The notes under the pieces: generated by a model
What the model was told of the DNA's origin: nothing
What the model saw: the letters and a program-made list of their open reading frames with translations, nothing else
Databases searched by the model: none
Made by a program: the position numbers and the translations under genes
In this document: piece by piece, positions 31,081-42,205 of the stretch
How positions within the stretch are numbered: the stretch's first letter is position 1
Layout of the letters: each line of letters opens with the position of its first letter
From: a bacterium
GTDB taxonomy: Bacteria > SAR324 > NAC60-12
DNA length: 64,000 bases
Reading direction: 5' to 3'
NCBI GenBank assembly: GCA_965205865.1
Contig: CBDBHR010000030.1
Location: forward strand, 320,001 to 384,000

Positions 31081-31455
31081 TCAATCCATTTTTTCTAAAA
31101 GAATCTTCAATTCCTCAATTTCTTGCTTCGTCAATAATTCTTGTTCGGCAAAACTTGTGAGCAGCGGAGAGACTTTTCCGCCAAACCAATTCTGCAAAAA
31201 ATTTCTACTTTCCAAATGCAGATACACTTTTCGACAGACCATGGGAAAATACAGATACTTCCTCTTGTCCTTTTTGAACCCCAAAATCTTTTTCTTTAAC
31301 AAGCGGTTCAACAGAGTCTTTACTGTCTTGGCCTGCCAATCCTTCTGAGGAGCAAGGGTTTCAATCACCTCTTGGGCTGATTGCGGTGATTTTTCCCATA
31401 GCACCTCCATCACTTCACGCTCTGCATTGCTGATCTTCCTTGTCATCTTCGTCAT
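31081..31455 (-). CDS. BlaI/MecI/CopY family repressor
   Basis: ISNAE.EVM.VLW..SP..A.EV...L...W...TVKTLL.RL.KK..L and F.GK.SPLL..F. Confidence 0.95.
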   Translation of the reverse strand: MTKMTRKISNAEREVMEVLWEKSPQSAQEVIETLAPQKDWQAKTVKTLLNRLLKKKILGFKKDKRKYLYFPMVCRKVYLHLESRNFLQNWFGGKVSPLLTSFAEQELLTKQEIEELKILLEKMD

Positions 31456-31477
31456 TTCCTTTTTTCGCTTTCCTTGC

Positions 31478-31837
31478 ATGATTACCTTTGTAATCATTTT
31501 ATAAGAATTACATAGGTAATCTTAGAAATCAAACTTTTTTTACGAGATTGAAAATTTTTACCGGTTTTGATAAAATTTATTATAAGTTATTGAAATATTT
31601 CATTTATATTTCATTTTCATTCTTAAAAGATATGATTACCTTTGTAATCTTTTATAAGAATTACACAGGTAATCTCAGAAATCAAACTTTTTTTACGAGA
31701 TCGAAAATTTTTACCGGTTTTGAAAAAAAATTTTATGAGATATTGAATATTTATTTTCCGTCATTGAGAAATATGATTACCTTTGTAATCATATTATAAG
31801 AATTACACAGGTAATCTTAGAAATCAAACTTTTTTTT
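31478..31837. promoter_or_regulatory. Triplicated operator/promoter unit with six BlaI-type palindromes
   Basis: Units start at 31478, 31632 and 31773. Each has GATTACCTTTGTAATC and ATTACA(T/C)AGGTAAT. Confidence 0.8.
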
Positions 31838-31885
31838 GTGCTTGATCTCTTTGTAGATGACAAAAAATTCAGTCAGTGTAATTTT

Positions 31886-33475
31886 TCAGGGGAGTTTCGG
31901 TCCTGCCGCAAGGATTTCCGCACTGGCGCTTTGTTCGTAGGAGCTGAAGTTTTCTTGAAATAAAGTTGCCAATTGCGCAGCTTGCCGGTCATAGGCGTCC
32001 GGGTCGCTCCAGCTGTTTTTGGGGAGCATGACCTCATCGGGAACTTCAGGGCAACGGGTGACCACTTCAAATCCAAAAATGGCATCGGGCTGGGTGGGTT
32101 GATTGTTGAGAGTACCCTGGTGAATCGCCTCCACGATGGTGCGAGTCAGGGAGAGTTTCATGCGGGAGCCGATGCCATAAGGTCCTCCGGACCATCCCGT
32201 GTTGACCAACCAGACCTGCGCAGCGGTTTGACGGATTCGAGCCGCCAGCAGTTCGGCATATTTAGTTGGATTCCAGACCAGGAAGGCGGCTCCGAAACAT
32301 GCGGAAAAGGTGGCTTGCGGTTCCTTCACTCCCATTTCGGTTCCCGCCACTTTGGCGGTATAGCCGCTGATGAAATGGTACATGGCTTGAGCCGGAGTCA
32401 ACTTGCTCACGGGAGGTAACACGCCGAAGGCGTCACAAGTGAGAAAGATCACGTTTTTGGGGTGTCCGCCGAGACAAGGGATTTTTGCATGGGGAATGTA
32501 GTCGATCGGATAGGAAGCACGGGTGTTTTCCGTGATGGCGCTGCTCATATAATCCACCTCCCGCGTATGGGGATCATAAACCACGTTCTCGAGAATGCTT
32601 CCAAAGCGAATGGCACGAAAAATTTCAGGCTCTTTTTCCTCCAGAAGCCCGATACATTTGGCGTAACATCCTCCTTCAATGTTGAAAATACCCTCATCAC
32701 TCCAACAGTGTTCATCATCACCGATTAGCTCGCGCCGGGACGCTGCGGAAAGGGTGGTTTTTCCCGTACCGGAAAGACCAAAAAATAAGGCAACCTCACC
32801 AGTGGCGCCTTCGTTGGCCGAGCAATGCATCGACAAAACGTCTTGTTTGGGCATGAGGTAGTTCATGATGGTGAAAACCCCTTTCTTCATTTCACCTGCA
32901 TATTGGGTTCCCAGAATGACCAATTCCCTGCTTTCAAAATTCAGATCGATGCTGGTAGAAGAGGTCATATGAGAGGTGAATTTATTGGCGGGAAATTCGC
33001 CTGCATTGTACACGGTATAATCCGCTTCTCCAAAGCCCGCTAATTCTTCCGGGGTGGGGCGAATGAGCATGTTGCGCATAAAAAGCGCATGATAGGGGCG
33101 GGAGCAAATTATCCGTACTTTGATACGGTACTTGGCATCCCAGCCTGCAAAGCCATCACATACATAAAGTCGCTCTCGGGTATTTAAATAATCAATGGCT
33201 CGCTCCCGGTTGATCTGAAAAGTGTGTTTGTCCAAGGCAACATTGATCTGTCCCCACCAAATGTGCTGTTCACTTTCAGGACCTTTGACAACTCTTTTGT
33301 CGTTAGGACTCCTTCCTGTTTTTTTCCCGGAGGAAACGATCAAAGCCCCTGTACGGGAGATAGCGGATTGTTTTTCGTATTTGATGGCTTCTTCATACAA
33401 GGTCGCAGGGGAGGCATTGCGCACAATGGTCTCCAATTGGATACCATGGATGTGAAGATTGAAGGGTGAAGACAT
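31886..33475 (-). CDS. pckA: Phosphoenolpyruvate carboxykinase (ATP)
   Basis: [34 protein letters not shown] and NIEGGCYAK. Start set at the GGAG-preceded ATG. Confidence 0.97.
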   Translation of the reverse strand: MSSPFNLHIHGIQLETIVRNASPATLYEEAIKYEKQSAISRTGALIVSSGKKTGRSPNDKRVVKGPESEQHIWWGQINVALDKHTFQINRERAIDYLNTRERLYVCDGFAGWDAKYRIKVRIICSRPYHALFMRNMLIRPTPEELAGFGEADYTVYNAGEFPANKFTSHMTSSTSIDLNFESRELVILGTQYAGEMKKGVFTIMNYLMPKQDVLSMHCSANEGATGEVALFFGLSGTGKTTLSAASRRELIGDDEHCWSDEGIFNIEGGCYAKCIGLLEEKEPEIFRAIRFGSILENVVYDPHTREVDYMSSAITENTRASYPIDYIPHAKIPCLGGHPKNVIFLTCDAFGVLPPVSKLTPAQAMYHFISGYTAKVAGTEMGVKEPQATFSACFGAAFLVWNPTKYAELLAARIRQTAAQVWLVNTGWSGGPYGIGSRMKLSLTRTIVEAIHQGTLNNQPTQPDAIFGFEVVTRCPEVPDEVMLPKNSWSDPDAYDRQAAQLATLFQENFSSYEQSASAEILAAGPKLP

Positions 33476-33634
33476 GAAATTCTCCGGGGGGTTCCTATTC
33501 CAACTCATGATCACGCCACAATGCATGACCCCCTTGCTTCAGGGTGGGTCGCTATGCTTTTCGCGTGAGAGTCGTAAATACAGGGTTGGTCTTGATTTTC
33601 CAAACTTTCAAGCCTGACTGCAAATCTACGCGGA

Positions 33635-34225
33635 TCATTTATTTTTTTCAACCGTTCTGAGAATCTTTCCAAGGGTCGTTAAAGAACAGGAATATTTGGC
33701 AGCTAATTTTTGTTGAGGAATTTTATCCTGGAAATATTCCCTGGTAATCTCGCTCTCGTGTTTCCAAGCTTTCGATCTTTTACGCTTGCCAAACGGAAGG
33801 GCTTTGATTCCTTTAGACTTGAGAATTGCAGCGATGTTTCCCGGCGAGACTCCATATTTTGCAGCAAGTTTTACAGTGGATGTTCCACCCCGCTTGTATT
33901 CCACTGCAATTTCGTCTGCATATTCCCAGATTTGCGATTTTTTTTGACCCCCTCTCGAGCGAAGATTCACGCCACCTGCTTTGAGAATTTCACTAATGGT
34001 TTGGTGGGAAACGTCAATCCGGAGAGTCGTCTTCACCCATGGAACGAGATCTCGAAGGGATTTACCTGATTGATATGCTTTCGTGATTTCAGCGGAATGC
34101 TGCCAGGCCCAACTTTGTTTGGGTCGTCGCATATTTTTGCGTCTGACTGTTTCTTGGAAAGCCCCTCCCTGTTTCCTTTTTAAGTTTCCTGCGTCACCAG
34201 CTGTTTTTTTCTTAGTTTGGCTCAT
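33635..34225 (-). CDS. Basic protein with three tandem HTH-like repeats
   Basis: Three W..A/S.EI...Y......LA.KY..S..TI..IL-type units. Confidence 0.65.
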   Translation of the reverse strand: MSQTKKKTAGDAGNLKRKQGGAFQETVRRKNMRRPKQSWAWQHSAEITKAYQSGKSLRDLVPWVKTTLRIDVSHQTISEILKAGGVNLRSRGGQKKSQIWEYADEIAVEYKRGGTSTVKLAAKYGVSPGNIAAILKSKGIKALPFGKRKRSKAWKHESEITREYFQDKIPQQKLAAKYSCSLTTLGKILRTVEKNK

Positions 34226-34526
34226 ACTCCGACTCTGTTGCCCTTGAACAAAAAATTGTTTGAATGATTAAAATAATCTTAAAACGTTATCCATAATATT
34301 TGAAAGTCACTTCTTTTACAAATGAAAACTGTTTTTATTAGAAATGGGAAATACGCTCGACGAATCATGTGGGATAATAGTCGCTCTTGAAAGAATTATA
34401 TGAAAGTGGAATGCTATGATTATATGCAAAGCCTTGAATTTATTTTGTTCCCTTTTTTACCATTTTTAAAACATAAATATTCAAAGCGGAGAATATTCTA
34501 CCATTGAATTTGAGGAGATAAATAAT

Positions 34527-34690
34527 ATGGATAAGGTTGTACATTTTGAAATTCCCTTCGATGATTCTGAAATATCAATTAAATTTTACCAAGACATCTT
34601 TGGCTGGAAAATAAACTAAGCTGGAGAGATGCCTTACTGCTTGGCGGGCACTGTAAAAACTGACGAGAATATGATGCCTGAAACTGGAAT
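34527..34690 (+). pseudogene. VOC/glyoxalase family 5' fragment with internal stop
   Basis: RBS GAGGAG, then MDKVVHFEIPFDD....KFYQDIFGWKIN*AGEMPY. Confidence 0.75.
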
Positions 34691-35226
34691 TTGAGAAACT
34701 CTACTCAAAGCTCTTCCTGCCATCTGTTCGCCATGGCGCTGCCGGCGCGAGAAAACGTTATGCCGGCCTCATCGACGGTCACAAAGAGGTTGAATTCACC
34801 GGAATGGAAGTCGTGCGTCGGGATTGGACGGAACTTGCCAAGGACGTACAGCGTGAACTCTACAAGAGACTTTTCGCAGGGGAACCAGTAGAAGGTTATC
34901 TCGCAGATATCACGACCTCGCTGCGCAAAGGCGAACTCGACCACAAACTGGTTTATCGCAAGGGACTGAGAAAGAGCCTGGCGTCATACACGGCCAATAC
35001 GCCTCCACACGTTGCCGCAGCACGCAAATCGAGTAATCCGGGCCGCGTCGTTTCATACTTGATGACCGTCGCCGGCCCCGAACCCCTGGATGCGCTGCAG
35101 AACAGCCCGGACCGCCAACACTATCTCGACAAGCAAATCCGACCGGTCGCGGAACCGGTACTTGCCGTCCTTGGTCTCGACTTCGACGGGACCATCAGTG
35201 ATAATCGACAGATGTCGCTGTTTTAG
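34684..35226 (+). pseudogene. polB: DNA polymerase II (family B) 3' fragment
   Basis: LEFEKLY...GARKRYAGL...FTGMEVVRRDWT.LAK and KLVYRKGLRK.L..Y....PPHV.AAR, HYLDKQIRPVA. Confidence 0.8.
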
Positions 35227-35293
35227 TTCAAGGATGGCAAGAATTGGCCGCGTAGCTGCGGAATGTGCTCCGGTTTCGACATAGACAGTCCTC

Positions 35294-35770
35294 TTAAATG
35301 TCCACTTGTTGAGGAAATTCAGGAATCAACGAGGATTGTCTCAACTCGCCTTGGGAATCATAGAATTGCATTGTCCCGTTTTCCGTGCAAACCCAACACT
35401 CTTTCGCCCCTTGATTGAAGTACAACTGCCGTTTTTCCGCCATCTCCTCCTCGTCGTTTGAAGGAGAAAGCACCTCAATACAAATCATAGGGGCGCTTGA
35501 AGCGGAAAACTCATTTTTGACCAATTCAGCTTGATCTTTGGTGAGCCATACAACATCAGGCACTTTGGTACCTTTGCTCGTTTCCAAGGGAAATTCAAAA
35601 AGAGTCATGCCATCCGGTTTGAAGGTTTCCAGTAGTTGGATAATGGCTTTTTGATAAAATAAATGTTTGATACTGACAGGACTCATTTCTATTTTCCCTT
35701 TTTTATTTAACTCAATTTTATAGGGTAAATCCCTTAAATTTTTATCGTCGCAGAGTTCTTGCCAGTTCAT
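35294..35770 (-). CDS. Uma2 (DUF820) family endonuclease
   Basis: IEMSP...H, KVPDV.W and AP.ICIEVLSPSN...EM.EKR.LYF..GA.E.WV. Confidence 0.9.
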   Translation of the reverse strand: MNWQELCDDKNLRDLPYKIELNKKGKIEMSPVSIKHLFYQKAIIQLLETFKPDGMTLFEFPLETSKGTKVPDVVWLTKDQAELVKNEFSASSAPMICIEVLSPSNDEEEMAEKRQLYFNQGAKECWVCTENGTMQFYDSQGELRQSSLIPEFPQQVDI

Positions 35771-35986
35771 TAATGCTCCCTGTGAAACAAAGATTTTTCA
35801 AAATTTTCAGATTCACTTCATTTTATTGAAATTCTATGGGCTGTCAACATTAACAATCGCTGTCGGAGTTGCTTGCAACCCGTGGCAATGTCCGGTAATT
35901 GTAAGAAATCAAGACAGGCTTGGTAGAGAAATTTTTGGATTTTATAAAATTTAAAAAGATGAACAGGAATAATGTTGAAGAGCTTG

Positions 35987-36688
35987 TCAGGAATTGGATG
36001 GATGGTCCTGGAAACGATAGCCCACTCCCCGTACGGTGACGATGCGTCGCCCATAATCGCCCAGTTTTTTGCGGAGCCCCACGATTTGCACGTCCACAGA
36101 ACGATCCGTCACGTTATAATCATCTCCCCGTACCGCTTCAACAATTTGATAACGGGTGTAGACCCATCCCGGTCGAGAGGTGAGCAGATACAAAATTTGA
36201 AACTCCGTATAAGTCAAATCAACAGGATTTTCGCCAATCAACACTTCGTGTCGTCCGGGATGAATTTCAAGTTCCTGAATGCGTACAGTATCGACCGTGT
36301 CAATAGATTTCTGCAATTTGCGCCTTAATGTCGTACGTACCCTGGCAATCAGGATTTTGGGTGAAAAAGGTTTTGTGACATAGTCATCTGCGCCCAGTTC
36401 CAGTCCCGTGATAATGTCCGATTCTCCGCTCTTGGCAGTAAGAATGATCACCGGAATGGACTGTGTTTGACGATCGTTTTTCAGTAACCTGCATACTTCC
36501 AATCCATCAATGCCGGGCAGCATCAAGTCCAGAAGAATTAAATGTGGCTGCAGGTATTGGGCGGTTTTAAGCGTTTCTTCACCCGACGTGATTATGCTGA
36601 TTCGATACCCTTCTTTTTGAAGGTTGTATTTCAACACCTCGCAAATATCCACTTCATCTTCGACAATCAGGATTTTTTCTCTCGACAT
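35987..36688 (-). CDS. phoB: PhoB/OmpR-family response regulator
   Basis: Receiver domain (LLDLMLPG, GADDYVTKPF) plus winged helix (TVRGVGY); last gene of the pst operon. Confidence 0.85.
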   Translation of the reverse strand: MSREKILIVEDEVDICEVLKYNLQKEGYRISIITSGEETLKTAQYLQPHLILLDLMLPGIDGLEVCRLLKNDRQTQSIPVIILTAKSGESDIITGLELGADDYVTKPFSPKILIARVRTTLRRKLQKSIDTVDTVRIQELEIHPGRHEVLIGENPVDLTYTEFQILYLLTSRPGWVYTRYQIVEAVRGDDYNVTDRSVDVQIVGLRKKLGDYGRRIVTVRGVGYRFQDHPSNS

Positions 36689-36775
36689 GGCTCTTGCTCG
36701 CCGCAGTGATTATCTTGCAATCAGGGACGCTCTTTCCAACCCTCGCTTCTCAGGCTGTCCGGTTTTCCACGGGTT

Positions 36776-37441
36776 TTACAGTTTTTTGTGACGAACAATT
36801 TTACCACTGGCATTGTAAATCGCGTCTTCCGCAATTTTCTTGGCATGGTCCGCGATATTTTCCAGGTGACCGGCAATCGTCCATAATGCGAGCAGACTTT
36901 CCGTATGTTCCGGCTTTTGCTCGAGTGTTTGTTGAATTTGGGCGCACACCGTTTCGTGCATCCCATCGATTTCCTCTTCGGCCTTACCTACTTCATTGGC
37001 CAGTTTCACATCCAGATTGATCAGTGATTCCAGACCGTTTTTGACAGTCCACTGGACCCGTTCGGTCATCCCCTTCCAGTCGAATTCCAAAACAACCTCC
37101 GGGCGTTCGCACAGGGAAAGCACGGATTGGGCGATGTCTCTCGATAAATCCCCAATGCGTTCCAGATCGTTATCGCTTTTCAACAAGGAAATGATCAGAC
37201 GCAAGTCCCGGGAAACCGGTTGGTAGAGAGCGAGGATTTTCAGACATTCCTCTTCCACGTCGATCTCTATCTGATCCACCCGGTGGTCAGTTTCAATCAC
37301 CCCTTGCGCCAGATTGCGGTCTCTGGCTTCCAGGGATTGGATCGCCTCCTGCAAGTTTTTTTGCACAATGGCGCTCAATGACAAAATGAGCTGGCTCAAT
37401 TTATTCGTTTCCCGGTCAAATCGGTCAAAATGGATAGGCAT
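36776..37441 (-). CDS. phoU: Phosphate signalling protein PhoU
   Basis: D..EI..EEECL..LALYQPV..DLR, DLERIGD and LE.IADHA..IAE. Confidence 0.95.
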   Translation of the reverse strand: MPIHFDRFDRETNKLSQLILSLSAIVQKNLQEAIQSLEARDRNLAQGVIETDHRVDQIEIDVEEECLKILALYQPVSRDLRLIISLLKSDNDLERIGDLSRDIAQSVLSLCERPEVVLEFDWKGMTERVQWTVKNGLESLINLDVKLANEVGKAEEEIDGMHETVCAQIQQTLEQKPEHTESLLALWTIAGHLENIADHAKKIAEDAIYNASGKIVRHKKL

Positions 37442-37461
37442 GATCTGGTTTCTCCTGCAGT

Positions 37462-38247
37462 TTATCCAAAACGTCCGGTGATATAATCATCGGTCCGGGG
37501 GTCGCGGGGTGTTTGGAAGATCTGATTGGTGCGATTGTATTCGATCAGCACTCCTTCATAAAAGAAGGCCGTGTGATTGGAAACCCGTCCGGCTTGCTGC
37601 ATATTATGGGTGACGATGACAATGGTATAATCCCCGCGCAGTTCTGCAATTAAATCTTCGATACGGGCTGTCGAGCGGGGGTCGAGGGCGGAGCACGGTT
37701 CGTCCATCAGGATGATTTCCGGATTCACCGCCACGGCCCGGGCGATACACAGACGCTGCATCTGGCCTCCGGAAAGACCCAGGGCGGATGCATGGAGGCG
37801 GTCCTTCACTTCATCCCACAAAGCCGCACGTTTCAAACTCCGCTCCATGTTTTCATCGAGCGCATGCCGGTCCGTGATACCACCGATGCGCAAACCGTAG
37901 ACCACATTTTCATAAATTGTTTTGGGAAAAGGGGTGTATTTTTGAAAAACCATTCCCACCCGGCGCCGCAATTGGATCACGTCGAGGGTGGGGGTGTTGA
38001 TTTCGATATCGTCCAATTTGAGGCTACCCTCGATATGCACCCCGTCTATCAGATCATTCATCCGGTTCAGACAACGCAAAAATGTCGATTTGCCGCATCC
38101 GGAAGGACCAATCAAAGCGGTGACCTGATTGCGAGGAATTTGAAAAGCGACATCGAAAAGCGCCTGTGCCTGGCCATAAAACAAATTCAATTTGTCCACT
38201 ACAACAATGGGATTCGAGATATTCTGGTCGATCACCTCGGTTGTCAT
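37462..38247 (-). CDS. pstB: Phosphate ABC ATPase
   Basis: [30 protein letters not shown] and YITGRFG. Confidence 0.97.
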   Translation of the reverse strand: MTTEVIDQNISNPIVVVDKLNLFYGQAQALFDVAFQIPRNQVTALIGPSGCGKSTFLRCLNRMNDLIDGVHIEGSLKLDDIEINTPTLDVIQLRRRVGMVFQKYTPFPKTIYENVVYGLRIGGITDRHALDENMERSLKRAALWDEVKDRLHASALGLSGGQMQRLCIARAVAVNPEIILMDEPCSALDPRSTARIEDLIAELRGDYTIVIVTHNMQQAGRVSNHTAFFYEGVLIEYNRTNQIFQTPRDPRTDDYITGRFG

Positions 38248-38261
38248 AGAGCATCTCCGGA

Positions 38262-39887
38262 TCAAAACTCACGAATGGTGTAGCGTTTCCGCATTTGATT
38301 TCTTAAATAAATCGCCACGCTGCTCATCATCAAAACTATGAGCACCAGTAGAAATGTGGTGACAAAAACCATCGGTTTTGCCGCTTCCACGTTAGGAGAT
38401 TGAAATCCCACGTCGTAAATGTGAAATCCCAAGTGCATGAACTTCCGTTCCAAATGCGCAAAGGGGAAATTCCCATCGACGGCGAGGGAGGGAGCCAACT
38501 TGACCACTCCGGTGATCATCAAGGGAGCAACCTCCCCGGCAGCACGGGCCATTGCCAGGATAAAACCGGTCATAATCCCTGGTGAAGACATTGGAATAAT
38601 AATGCGCAGAAGGGTTTGTAATTTGGTTGCGCCCAGAGCCAGGGAGGCTTCCCGGAGACTCACCGGAACCGCTCCCAGTGCTTCTTCGGTGGCGACAATG
38701 ACAACGGGGACAGTTAAAAGCCCTAAGGTCAGGCTGGCCCAGAGGATGCCTCCGGTGCCAAAAGTCGGGGTTGGTAGTCGTTCCGGGAAAAAGAGGCGAT
38801 CCATCAGACCTCCGACGCCATAAACAAAAAAGCCGAGTCCAAAGATACCATAAACGATCGATGGGATCCCGGCCATATTGTTTACGGCAATACGCACCAG
38901 CCTCAACGCCATCCCCTCTTTCGCATATTCCCGCAGATAAATTGCAGTGATTACCCCCAAAGGGAAAGATAAAAAGCTCATTATGAACACCATCATGACA
39001 GTTCCGAAAATGGCTGGAAACAACCCTCCTTCCGTATTTGCTTCCCGTGGTTCCTCCGTAAGCAATTCGCTCACTTTTTTCAAATAAAACCGTATTTTGT
39101 TTCCAATTGACATTTGATTGGGACGGTAGGCCTGCACGATATTCACAATAGGGATCACAAGGGTTTGACCGGATGCATCGCTGAAAACCGATTGGTATGG
39201 AGCAAGTTCCGTGCGTACCAACTGCTGTCTTACCAGCAAGTTTTCGAAATTTTGCTCCAGTCGGGTGAATTTTTCTCGCAATGTCCGATACGTTTCCGTT
39301 GTTTCCGGAACCTCCTTGTATTTCAGTGCCAGTTCCTCGTTGCGCAGTTTCTCCATCAGCCCGGCCAATTTGAAAATCTCTTCATTGACAGGAATGAGGG
39401 CTTTTTGTTTTTCGCGAGTCGCCTCTATCACTTTTTCCAGGTTTTTCCAGTTGGGAGTCGCTTGTTCGAACCCCGGAGCGGAAATTTCTTCCAAATACCC
39501 ATAGAAGTTACCATATTCTGTTCGTTCCAGAACAATAATTTCAGGAGGAATACTTTTTTCTTCAATCGCGTCTTCCTCCACCCAGCGAAAATCCAAGTTA
39601 TAGAGGTCGCGGTTGCCCACTTTCAATTGCAGACGGTTTTTTCCGGTTTGGGGATGGACCTGCTCCGCTTTTTGTTCCCCCAAGATCCGTGTTTCATCTT
39701 TTAAAGTGAGTAGAGAAACATTCGATGGCCAAAAAACGCCCAGTCCGTTGTACATGATCACTGATACGAGGATAAGGGCAATGAGCATAATGATGCCTAA
39801 AGCAACACCGGTACCCCACACCAGGGGTTCTCCGACTTTCCAGAAAGGACGATTCTCTCCGGGATTTCGACTATTGGAATTGACCAT
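38262..39887 (-). CDS. pstA: Phosphate ABC permease PstA (long form)
   Basis: [16 protein letters not shown] and [10 protein letters not shown]. Confidence 0.95.
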   Translation of the reverse strand: MVNSNSRNPGENRPFWKVGEPLVWGTGVALGIIMLIALILVSVIMYNGLGVFWPSNVSLLTLKDETRILGEQKAEQVHPQTGKNRLQLKVGNRDLYNLDFRWVEEDAIEEKSIPPEIIVLERTEYGNFYGYLEEISAPGFEQATPNWKNLEKVIEATREKQKALIPVNEEIFKLAGLMEKLRNEELALKYKEVPETTETYRTLREKFTRLEQNFENLLVRQQLVRTELAPYQSVFSDASGQTLVIPIVNIVQAYRPNQMSIGNKIRFYLKKVSELLTEEPREANTEGGLFPAIFGTVMMVFIMSFLSFPLGVITAIYLREYAKEGMALRLVRIAVNNMAGIPSIVYGIFGLGFFVYGVGGLMDRLFFPERLPTPTFGTGGILWASLTLGLLTVPVVIVATEEALGAVPVSLREASLALGATKLQTLLRIIIPMSSPGIMTGFILAMARAAGEVAPLMITGVVKLAPSLAVDGNFPFAHLERKFMHLGFHIYDVGFQSPNVEAAKPMVFVTTFLLVLIVLMMSSVAIYLRNQMRKRYTIREF

Positions 39888-42186
39888 ATTTTTTTCTCAA
39901 ACGTTGACGAATGATTTCCGCAATCGTGTTCAAAATGGAGGTCAATAAAAACAAAACCACTGCGGACAAAAAGAGAATTCGATACAAGGTGCCATCCACC
40001 GGCGCCTCGGGTAGTTCCACGGCAATGTTTGCGGCAAGCGTGCGCATTCCATTCAAGATGCTCCAGTCGAGAATAGGCGTATTACCTGTTGCCATCAAAA
40101 CTACCATCGTTTCACCAGCAGCACGCCCGAATCCGATAATGCAAGCGGCGAAGATGCCGGGACTGGCAGAAGGAATGACGATTCGCCAAACAGTTTGCCA
40201 TCGACTGGCACCGAGAGCCAGGGAGGCATATTTCAAACTGGCGGGGACATTGGTCAAGGCGTCTTCCGATATGGTGAAAATTATGGGAATGACCATGAAT
40301 CCCAATCCAAAGGCGATGATCACGCTATTTCGCTGCTCATAACGAACTCCCAGTTCGTTGAAAAGCCACTGGTTGAAATCTCCTGCAAAAAAGATCTGCT
40401 GGGCTAATTCCTGAAAAGGAAGAGTTGCTAAGCAGGCCACGATTATAACAGGTATCAGTAATAAAAATTCATATCCTTTTGCCTCGATCCACTTAGCCCA
40501 GTTCTGATGGCGTACCAGAAACCACGCAGCCACAAACAATAGCGTGGCCAGGGGAATGAAAAACAAAGAGAGAAAAAATGCCAACACGTAATCTTCCACA
40601 ATTGGCGCTAACCACAATGCGATCATGAATCCAATGATTACGGAAGGCATTGCTGCCATCACTTCTACACCGGGTTTGATAAAACGGCGAAAGGATTCGT
40701 TGGCAAACTGGCTGGTATAAATGGCGCCGAACAGGGCGAGAGGGATGGCCAGAAACATTGCGTAAAACGTACCTTTGAAGCTTCCGAATATCAGAGGTAC
40801 CAAACTGAATTTCGGTTCAAAATCATCACTTGCCGAAGACGATTGCCATACATAATCGGGTGCCGGGTAATCTTCATACAACACTTTACCAAAGAGGGTT
40901 TTCCAACTGATTTCCGGATGGGGATTTTCCACTTTCCAAAGAGTAACCAGGTTTCGGGCATCCATGGCAAGCAATCCGTTACCGCGGGGGGCGGTGTTAA
41001 AAATTTTGATCCTTTGTTCTGTCACGGAATCTTTAGAACGATTGGGTAGGACTTCCGCTTCAAATCGTAACAATTGTCGTTCCGTTGTCGTGTGGTCCCA
41101 ATGAATGATTCCCTCTTCATCGAGACTCAACAATGATTTGTCCACTCGAGATGGGATCAGCTGTATCACAGGACTGCTATGGGAAGGCAACGTATGCGCA
41201 CGTTGGAGAATCTTGCGAGTTTCATTTTGGGGATCGGGCACCAAAAACCAGGTGGTCACCTGACCTTTCTTGTCCCCAACTGCCAGGGATATGTCTCCAA
41301 AAACCAAATTGAGGGCTGTGATGTTTCGCTTATTGCGGAAGGCAGTAAAATTTTGCAAAAGCACCGGTTCTCCTGGTTCCTCCAAAGACCAGTGCCACAA
41401 TTCTCCCTGATCGGTGGCGGCATAGAGATTCCGGCTCGCGCCATCCATGGTAAAAAAAGTAAAGTTGCCGGAAGGCGTTTCTTGCAAAGAGGCTGTATAG
41501 GATTCTGTTTGCTGATTCCCTAAAAAATCTTCTTCGACGATTCTCTGCGTGATTTCAATACGATTTCGAGGAAAGAGCTGGACGAGGGTGTGCCGCGGTT
41601 CATCATCTTCGGGAAGCGAGGCGCGCGCGAGTGTTTTTAAGGGGATACCTTTGCCATTTGCCGGAAACGAGGCGACTTCCAGCAAATCATGAATGGTGTG
41701 TCTGCCCTTTTCCGTAAATTGCGGTATGAATTGAACCTGAAGAACGCTGGCGGAATGATCTTGCCAGACAAGGCTGAAGAGGTTCTGTCCATAAAACTCG
41801 ACGTTTTGGATTCTGAGTGCCGTATCGGTAGGGGGTTGACTTTGTTTTTGAAGCAGGATGGTTCCTTCCTTCAAATCATAAAAATGCCAGAGCCCCCTTT
41901 TATCCAGGAAAGAACCTGTTTCCAGATACTCGTCCATCGCGGCACTGAGAAATCCATCGGACCCGTGCTGCTTCACCTGAAACCGGGCCAGGATTTCCTG
42001 ACCCGGAGGTAGAAAAAGAGGAAGGGATACGGATGCAATCAGAAAAAGAATCCCAATCACGCAGATGATGACCAGGATACCTCCTGTTACGATCAAATAG
42101 CGGGCTGCGGTGTCCCACGCTTTTGCCCGCTTGAATACGCGTTCATTGATTGAAGTCGAAGGACGCCGATACGGGAAGGTGAACAT
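39871..42186 (-). CDS. pstC: Phosphate ABC permease PstC with large N-terminal beta-rich domain
   Basis: WQSS..SDDFEPKFSLVPL.FG and GFGRA.GETM.VLMATGNTP. Confidence 0.93.
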   Translation of the reverse strand: MFTFPYRRPSTSINERVFKRAKAWDTAARYLIVTGGILVIICVIGILFLIASVSLPLFLPPGQEILARFQVKQHGSDGFLSAAMDEYLETGSFLDKRGLWHFYDLKEGTILLQKQSQPPTDTALRIQNVEFYGQNLFSLVWQDHSASVLQVQFIPQFTEKGRHTIHDLLEVASFPANGKGIPLKTLARASLPEDDEPRHTLVQLFPRNRIEITQRIVEEDFLGNQQTESYTASLQETPSGNFTFFTMDGASRNLYAATDQGELWHWSLEEPGEPVLLQNFTAFRNKRNITALNLVFGDISLAVGDKKGQVTTWFLVPDPQNETRKILQRAHTLPSHSSPVIQLIPSRVDKSLLSLDEEGIIHWDHTTTERQLLRFEAEVLPNRSKDSVTEQRIKIFNTAPRGNGLLAMDARNLVTLWKVENPHPEISWKTLFGKVLYEDYPAPDYVWQSSSASDDFEPKFSLVPLIFGSFKGTFYAMFLAIPLALFGAIYTSQFANESFRRFIKPGVEVMAAMPSVIIGFMIALWLAPIVEDYVLAFFLSLFFIPLATLLFVAAWFLVRHQNWAKWIEAKGYEFLLLIPVIIVACLATLPFQELAQQIFFAGDFNQWLFNELGVRYEQRNSVIIAFGLGFMVIPIIFTISEDALTNVPASLKYASLALGASRWQTVWRIVIPSASPGIFAACIIGFGRAAGETMVVLMATGNTPILDWSILNGMRTLAANIAVELPEAPVDGTLYRILFLSAVVLFLLTSILNTIAEIIRQRLRKKYGQFQ

Positions 42187-42205
42187 AAACGGCCTTTCAA
42201 ACCAA

